45,440 nt of DNA from Gaiellaceae bacterium (lineage in GTDB: Bacteria; Actinomycetota; Thermoleophilia; Gaiellales; Gaiellaceae), in the NCBI GenBank assembly GCA_046714355.1, contig JBKKAR010000191.1, positions 1 to 45,440 on the forward strand, written 5' to 3'. This document shows positions 44,290-45,440 of this stretch, piece by piece. Each line of letters starts with the position of its first letter. Position 1 is the stretch's first letter. A program made the translations under genes and the position numbers. The notes under the pieces are model-generated. The model was not told the origin of the DNA. It ran no database searches and was given only the letters and a program-made list of their open reading frames with translations.

Positions 44290-44295
44290 CCGACC

Positions 44296-44856
44296 ATGGT
44301 CCCGGAGGCGCCGCCCAACCAGACCGAGGGCGGGCTTGTGGCCGGCGGCGGGCGATGGTTCGTCCTGAACGCGCGCGACGCGCGCTGGTGGCACCGCCCG
44401 GGACGGCAGAGCGTGACTTTCACTGGTAAGACGGAGTTCGAGGCCGACACGTACTTCCCGATGCTCGGGGTCAACCTGGCCGTCCTCGAGCCGGGCGAGC
44501 CCAATTCGATGTACCACTGGGAGACGGAGACGGAGGCCTTCCTCGTGCTCTCGGGCGAGGCGCTCCTGATCGTCGAGGGCGAGGAACGGCCGTTGCGACA
44601 GTGGGATTTCGTGCACTGCCCGCCCAAGACGGAACACGTGATCGTCGGAGCTGGGGACGGCCCCTGCGTCGTCCTGGCGATGAGCTCGCGCGAGAACCAG
44701 GCGTTCGGGCCCTACGGCGCCTACACCGTGGACGAAGTCGCGCGCCGCCACGGGGCATGCGCCGAGGAGGAGACGCAGGACGGGGACATCGCGTACGCGC
44801 GTGTTCCGGAGCCGGAGCCGTCGCGATATCGCGACGGCTGGCTTCCGGGTAGCTGA
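44296..44856 (+). CDS. cupin-domain protein
   Basis: LEPGEPNSMYHWETETEAFLVLSGEALLIVEGEERPLRQWDFVHCPPKTEHVIVG, a two-motif cupin beta-barrel pattern. Confidence 0.75.
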   Translation: MVPEAPPNQTEGGLVAGGGRWFVLNARDARWWHRPGRQSVTFTGKTEFEADTYFPMLGVNLAVLEPGEPNSMYHWETETEAFLVLSGEALLIVEGEERPLRQWDFVHCPPKTEHVIVGAGDGPCVVLAMSSRENQAFGPYGAYTVDEVARRHGACAEEETQDGDIAYARVPEPEPSRYRDGWLPGS

Positions 44857-44862
44857 CGACGG

Positions 44863-45440
44863 TTAGGCCGCCTCTGGCTCGACCTCGGGCGCCGGACGAA
44901 GCGGCTCGTGGTGATGCGCCTTCCCGAGCAGATGGCCGTGGGACTCCGTGCCGTAGCCGCCCGGGACCGGAATGTAGAACTCGGGATAGCCCCACATGCC
45001 GTGCTCGGAGACGTCCAGGCCCGCGGTCTCGACTTCAGGCGCGACCCGGATTCCCCACAAGGCCTTCATCGTCCAGAGCGCGGCGAACGATGCGGCGAAG
45101 GTGAAGACGCCGACGGCTACGAGGCCGAGCGCCTGGGTCCCGAGTTGGTGGAAGCTGCCCGTGTACCAAAGCCCGCCCCGGCCGGTCGCGAGGTTCTCCG
45201 CCAACGCCGGCACGGCGAAGATCCCGGTTGCGAGCGTTCCCCAGACGCCGGCCATACCGTGCACGGCGACGGCGCCGATCGGGTCGTCGATCCGGATCCG
45301 CTCGGTGAGCAAGACGCCGGTGACCGCGATCCCTCCCGCGACGAGACCGATGAGGATCGCGGCCCACGGCGCGACGAAGCCTGCCGCTGCGGTCACGGCG
45401 ACCAATGCCGCGATGACGCCGTTCAGCATCATCGACAGGT
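44863..45440 (-). CDS. amt: ammonium transporter, C-terminal part (gene continues beyond window end)
   Basis: DDPIGAVAVHGMAGVWGTLATGIF, QLGTQALGLVAVGVFTF, GLDVSEHG, typical of the Amt/MEP C-terminal half. The frame is open to position 45440. Confidence 0.85.
   Translation of the reverse strand, partial: LSMMLNGVIAALVAVTAAAGFVAPWAAILIGLVAGGIAVTGVLLTERIRIDDPIGAVAVHGMAGVWGTLATGIFAVPALAENLATGRGGLWYTGSFHQLGTQALGLVAVGVFTFAASFAALWTMKALWGIRVAPEVETAGLDVSEHGMWGYPEFYIPVPGGYGTESHGHLLGKAHHHEPLRPAPEVEPEAA

Noticed and set aside
1-45440. A search for CRISPR arrays, rRNA/tRNA genes, riboswitch-like leaders and large tandem repeats.
   Set aside because: No regularly spaced direct repeats were seen. Intergenic regions are mostly under 110 nt. 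The only longer non-coding stretches (12916-13064, 15136-15345, 16380-16557) belong to the IS unit. This was an inspection by eye only, so short ncRNAs cannot be excluded.

Overview
This is a 45.4-kb window of very high-G+C chromosome (hand counts of core lines ~75% G+C), Actinomycetota-like in gene content. Almost all of it is housekeeping. Gene order: a caa3-type cytochrome oxidase cluster (ctaC-ctaD-ctaB plus a small coupled membrane ORF); an amidase; a secreted repeat protein; a soluble PAS histidine kinase, an OmpR-type regulator and an orphan STAS protein; a pentose-phosphate supercluster (tkt divergent from rpiB-tal-pgi ... gnd-zwf-opcA); dcd, an SDR, an aldo/keto reductase, dinB, pdxH and gabT; three Hanks-type Ser/Thr kinases, two of them inside a cell-wall operon (kinase-fhaA-fhaB-pstP-rodA-pbpA-pknB-ddl); then DUF4446, HNH, rhodanese, SIMPL, cupin and a partial amt. 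The most interesting signal is visible directly in the sequence. A 3.67-kb IS5-like unit (12887-16557) has 16/17-matching terminal inverted repeats and a CTAG target duplication. It sits exactly in the one-base overlap between the pgi stop and the gnd start, splitting what reconstructs as a six-gene, translationally coupled pentose-phosphate operon. The unit carries a transposase with an in-frame TAG, a doubly frameshifted passenger gene, and a lower-G+C pair encoding an aromatic-rich secreted protein and a lipoprotein. Other points worth a second look are: a 4-helix His/Arg-bearing N-terminal extension on CtaB; two paralogous small CxC-x4-C proteins; a chimeric decayed ORF after tkt; a kinase with a polytopic C-terminal domain that takes the place of pknA in the cell-wall cluster; ddl coupled to pknB; and a recurrent TANNNT box 6-9 nt upstream of start codons, which suggests widespread leaderless transcription. 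No rRNA, tRNA or CRISPR array was seen. I did not recognise a clear-cut novel multi-gene system. All family calls rest on motif recognition by eye, not on database searches.
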